DNA of 64,000 bases from an uncultured Desulfosarcina sp. (GTDB lineage Bacteria; Desulfobacterota; Desulfobacteria; Desulfobacterales; Desulfosarcinaceae): assembly GCA_963674945.2 (NCBI GenBank), contig CAXXWQ010000002.1, positions 1-64,000 of the forward strand, in the 5' to 3' direction. Below, piece by piece: positions 61,799-64,000 of this stretch. The notes under the pieces were generated by a model. That model was not told the DNA's origin. It saw only the letters and a list, made by a program, of their open reading frames with translations, and did no database searches. A program made the position numbers and the translations under genes. Position 1 is the first letter of the stretch; each line of letters starts with the position of its first letter.

Positions 61799-62899
61799 AT
61801 GAAAAAATTGTTTATTATTTTTGCCGTTCTTTGCCTTGCCGCACCGGCCATGGCAGCCGATTGGAATTTTTATGGAAACTTCCGTATGGCCACCTGGTAC
61901 ACGTCGGATGACTATGACGTGAGTGGCGGTACCTATGAAGATGATTCCGACCTTCAGTGGGAAAATGGTGGCAACAGCCGTATCGGCGCCACTGTTGCTG
62001 TCAATGATCAAATCGGCGGTGCTTTTGAAGTCGGTTTCGATGCGGATAATTTAACAGTTTACACAAGAAAAATTTACGGAACCTATAATTTTGGTGCCGG
62101 CGAACTGCTCATCGGCCAGACCTACACCCCCACCGCCCTGTTCTATTCCAACAGCGTATATGGCGGTGACGGCGACCTGCTCGGCCTTGGTGAATTCTAT
62201 GATGGCCGTTATCCCATGATCCAGTTGAAGATGAGCGGGTTCAAATTTGCGTTAATCACGCCGAGAACACGTACAGGAGCCAGAGACGCCAGCAACGGTG
62301 TCGGCGATCCGACCCTTGACTGGATGCTGCCCAAGATCGAAGCCAGTTACGCATTCAAGTCCGATATGTTCTTCGTCGATGTCATCGGTGGTTACCAGAC
62401 GTATACTTGGGACGGTGGCAACGGTGGAACCGACTATGATATCGACAGCTATATCGGCATCATCGGCGGTGGTGTTAACTTCGGCGCCCTGTTCGTGAAA
62501 GCCAGCGCTCACATGGGCCAGAACCTTGGTGATTTTGGATCATCCGGACCTTACGTTGTTACCGGATTCGGCGGATTTACCAAAGGTGCCGTTCTCGTTG
62601 GTAATGAAGTCAGAGACACCGACGCTCTGGGTTTCTTGGGTGTTATCGGTTTCAACGCTTCCGAGACGATCACCATCGAAGGTGGTATCGGCTACCAGAA
62701 CTACGAGCAGGATGTCAACAATACCGATGATGAAACTATGATGCAGTATTACGTCAACGCGACCATCAACGTTGCCCCGGGCTTCTTCATCGTTCCTGAA
62801 ATCGGCTACGTTACCATCGATCCCGACAACTACGGCGCTGCTACGGATCCCAATCCCAACAGAATTTACGCAGGCGCCAAATGGCAGATCAATTTCTAA
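61799..62899 (+). CDS. Outer-membrane porin
   Basis: Strong RBS; signal peptide ending AMA; NSRIG, amphipathic strands, terminal WQINF. Confidence 0.88.
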   Translation: MKKLFIIFAVLCLAAPAMAADWNFYGNFRMATWYTSDDYDVSGGTYEDDSDLQWENGGNSRIGATVAVNDQIGGAFEVGFDADNLTVYTRKIYGTYNFGAGELLIGQTYTPTALFYSNSVYGGDGDLLGLGEFYDGRYPMIQLKMSGFKFALITPRTRTGARDASNGVGDPTLDWMLPKIEASYAFKSDMFFVDVIGGYQTYTWDGGNGGTDYDIDSYIGIIGGGVNFGALFVKASAHMGQNLGDFGSSGPYVVTGFGGFTKGAVLVGNEVRDTDALGFLGVIGFNASETITIEGGIGYQNYEQDVNNTDDETMMQYYVNATINVAPGFFIVPEIGYVTIDPDNYGAATDPNPNRIYAGAKWQINF

Positions 62900-62930
62900 T
62901 GTAAAAACAAAAGCGATTTTCGCTTCGTTC

Positions 62931-62965
62931 AAAAAAAACCCGGGGCATTGCCCCGGGTTTTTTTT
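62931..62965. terminator. Bidirectional intrinsic terminator
   Basis: AAAAAAAACCCGGGGCA-T-TGCCCCGGGTTTTTTTT between convergent genes. Confidence 0.9.
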
Positions 62966-63234
62966 GTTTTCGAATTTGATGCGGCGCCAAAAACTGGCTT
63001 CCAAGAAACTCCTTCAATAATACAAAGTAAAAAAGACTTTATACTCGTTCAGCAATGTTGCGTTGGCGAGATCGTGCCCCTTTTTTCTGGTGATGGACGA
63101 CACCTTCGGGATTCATTCCGTTTGCCAAAAACACGAATCCGGAAAGATGTATTATTTGCCAAACGCCCTTCCAAGAAAAGATGTTTTTCGCGTTGCGGGC
63201 ACGGTGTGCGGGGTAGAGCAATGTTTTTTCGGTA

Positions 63235-64000
63235 CTATGGCTTTAGATCAAAGGCAATGATTTTGCTTATGGCATCGGTCAGAATGATCGATCCTTCCTT
63301 GACCACGATGGCGACGACCAGTTCATCTGTTCCATCATTGTCGATATCCCCCAAAAGAAAATCACTGGCACGTCCCTGAAATCCTTGGGTTTCCCATTGG
63401 GGTACGAGACCCATGCCGTTCCAGCGCATGGATACGATTTTTCCATTGTTGTATACTCTCAAGTCTTTCAACATGTTTTTTGAAAGCTCCTCATGCCGGG
63501 CAATGAGCACCTCTGCTTTTCCATCTTTGTCCATGTCAACGATTCGGATGCGTGCAGGAAAATACTGTCTGTTCGGCATTCCGGAATCAACCTTGGGCAA
63601 GTTGAAATAGAGTTTGTTTCCACCCGAATGCTCGGTGTCCTCCCAGATTTTTTCACCGTTGGTTCTGTAAATACGGATTTTGTCCCATTCGTTGTAGGCA
63701 ACGACGACGCTGCTTCCCGTTTGCGTGATATCCCCATACGCCATCCCCATGAGGTTGGCCTTTCGGCCCGGCAGTACTTGTCTGCCGGGTGCAATGCGGT
63801 CTCCCTGCCAGTTCATCTCCAGAATCGGTTCCAGAAAAATGGATTCGGCAGCATAACGGTGACGCTGGCCCAGAAGCACGTTGCCCTTGTCCGGGGTGGT
63901 CGCTACACGATAATACCAGTTGTTGCCGTCGGAAATCGTCTTGTAGGTATCGCCGGAGTATTCGAGGACGAACGAGTCTACGATGGTATTTCCCGAACCG
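63235..64000 (-). CDS. FG-GAP/VCBS-repeat protein, 3' part
   Basis: GDITQTG, DMDKDGKAEVL, GDIDNDGTDELV; frame runs off the window edge. Confidence 0.85.
   Translation of the reverse strand, partial: GSGNTIVDSFVLEYSGDTYKTISDGNNWYYRVATTPDKGNVLLGQRHRYAAESIFLEPILEMNWQGDRIAPGRQVLPGRKANLMGMAYGDITQTGSSVVVAYNEWDKIRIYRTNGEKIWEDTEHSGGNKLYFNLPKVDSGMPNRQYFPARIRIVDMDKDGKAEVLIARHEELSKNMLKDLRVYNNGKIVSMRWNGMGLVPQWETQGFQGRASDFLLGDIDNDGTDELVVAIVVKEGSIILTDAISKIIAFDLKP

Noticed and set aside
1..64000. CRISPR array, rRNA, prophage or integrase
   Set aside because: No regularly spaced repeats, rRNA signatures, phage structural genes or tyrosine/serine recombinase recognised

Overview
Bacterial chromosome segment; gene content and protein style suggest a sulfate-reducing Desulfobacterota (Desulfobacterales-like) organism (inference). 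1-15.4 kb is accessory: the tail of an AT-rich sugar amidotransferase-like gene, three IS elements (two IS66-family with exact 8-bp target duplications, one unclassified DDE element), a PAS hybrid kinase, a degenerate HEPN-like/Zn-ribbon protein and small redox/acetyltransferase genes. Two unannotated, mutually homologous 23-24 aa micropeptides resembling a bare PEP-CTERM sorting signal face each other across one IS66. 15.6-24.8 kb holds a candidate sigma-54-linked trans-envelope signalling system: exported caspase-like protease, two CsgG-fold proteins, a beta-barrel, a Ser/Thr kinase-DUF4384 protein and an FHA-GAF-sigma54 activator. 25-38 kb is mostly core: DAC-domain protein, pepF, REC-GGDEF, fabF-acpP-fabG-ACAD-rpmF, gltX, tRNA-Gln(CUG). 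After the tRNA come an Rhs toxin split by an IS1380-family element (5-bp TSD, frame restored on excision) with a likely immunity gene, and an unusual MCP-V4R-V4R-cysteine desulfurase operon. The window ends with a PilZ protein, a TonB receptor/methyltransferase/Nik-Dpp ABC operon behind a structured terminator-containing leader, a porin and a partial FG-GAP protein. No CRISPR array or rRNA seen.
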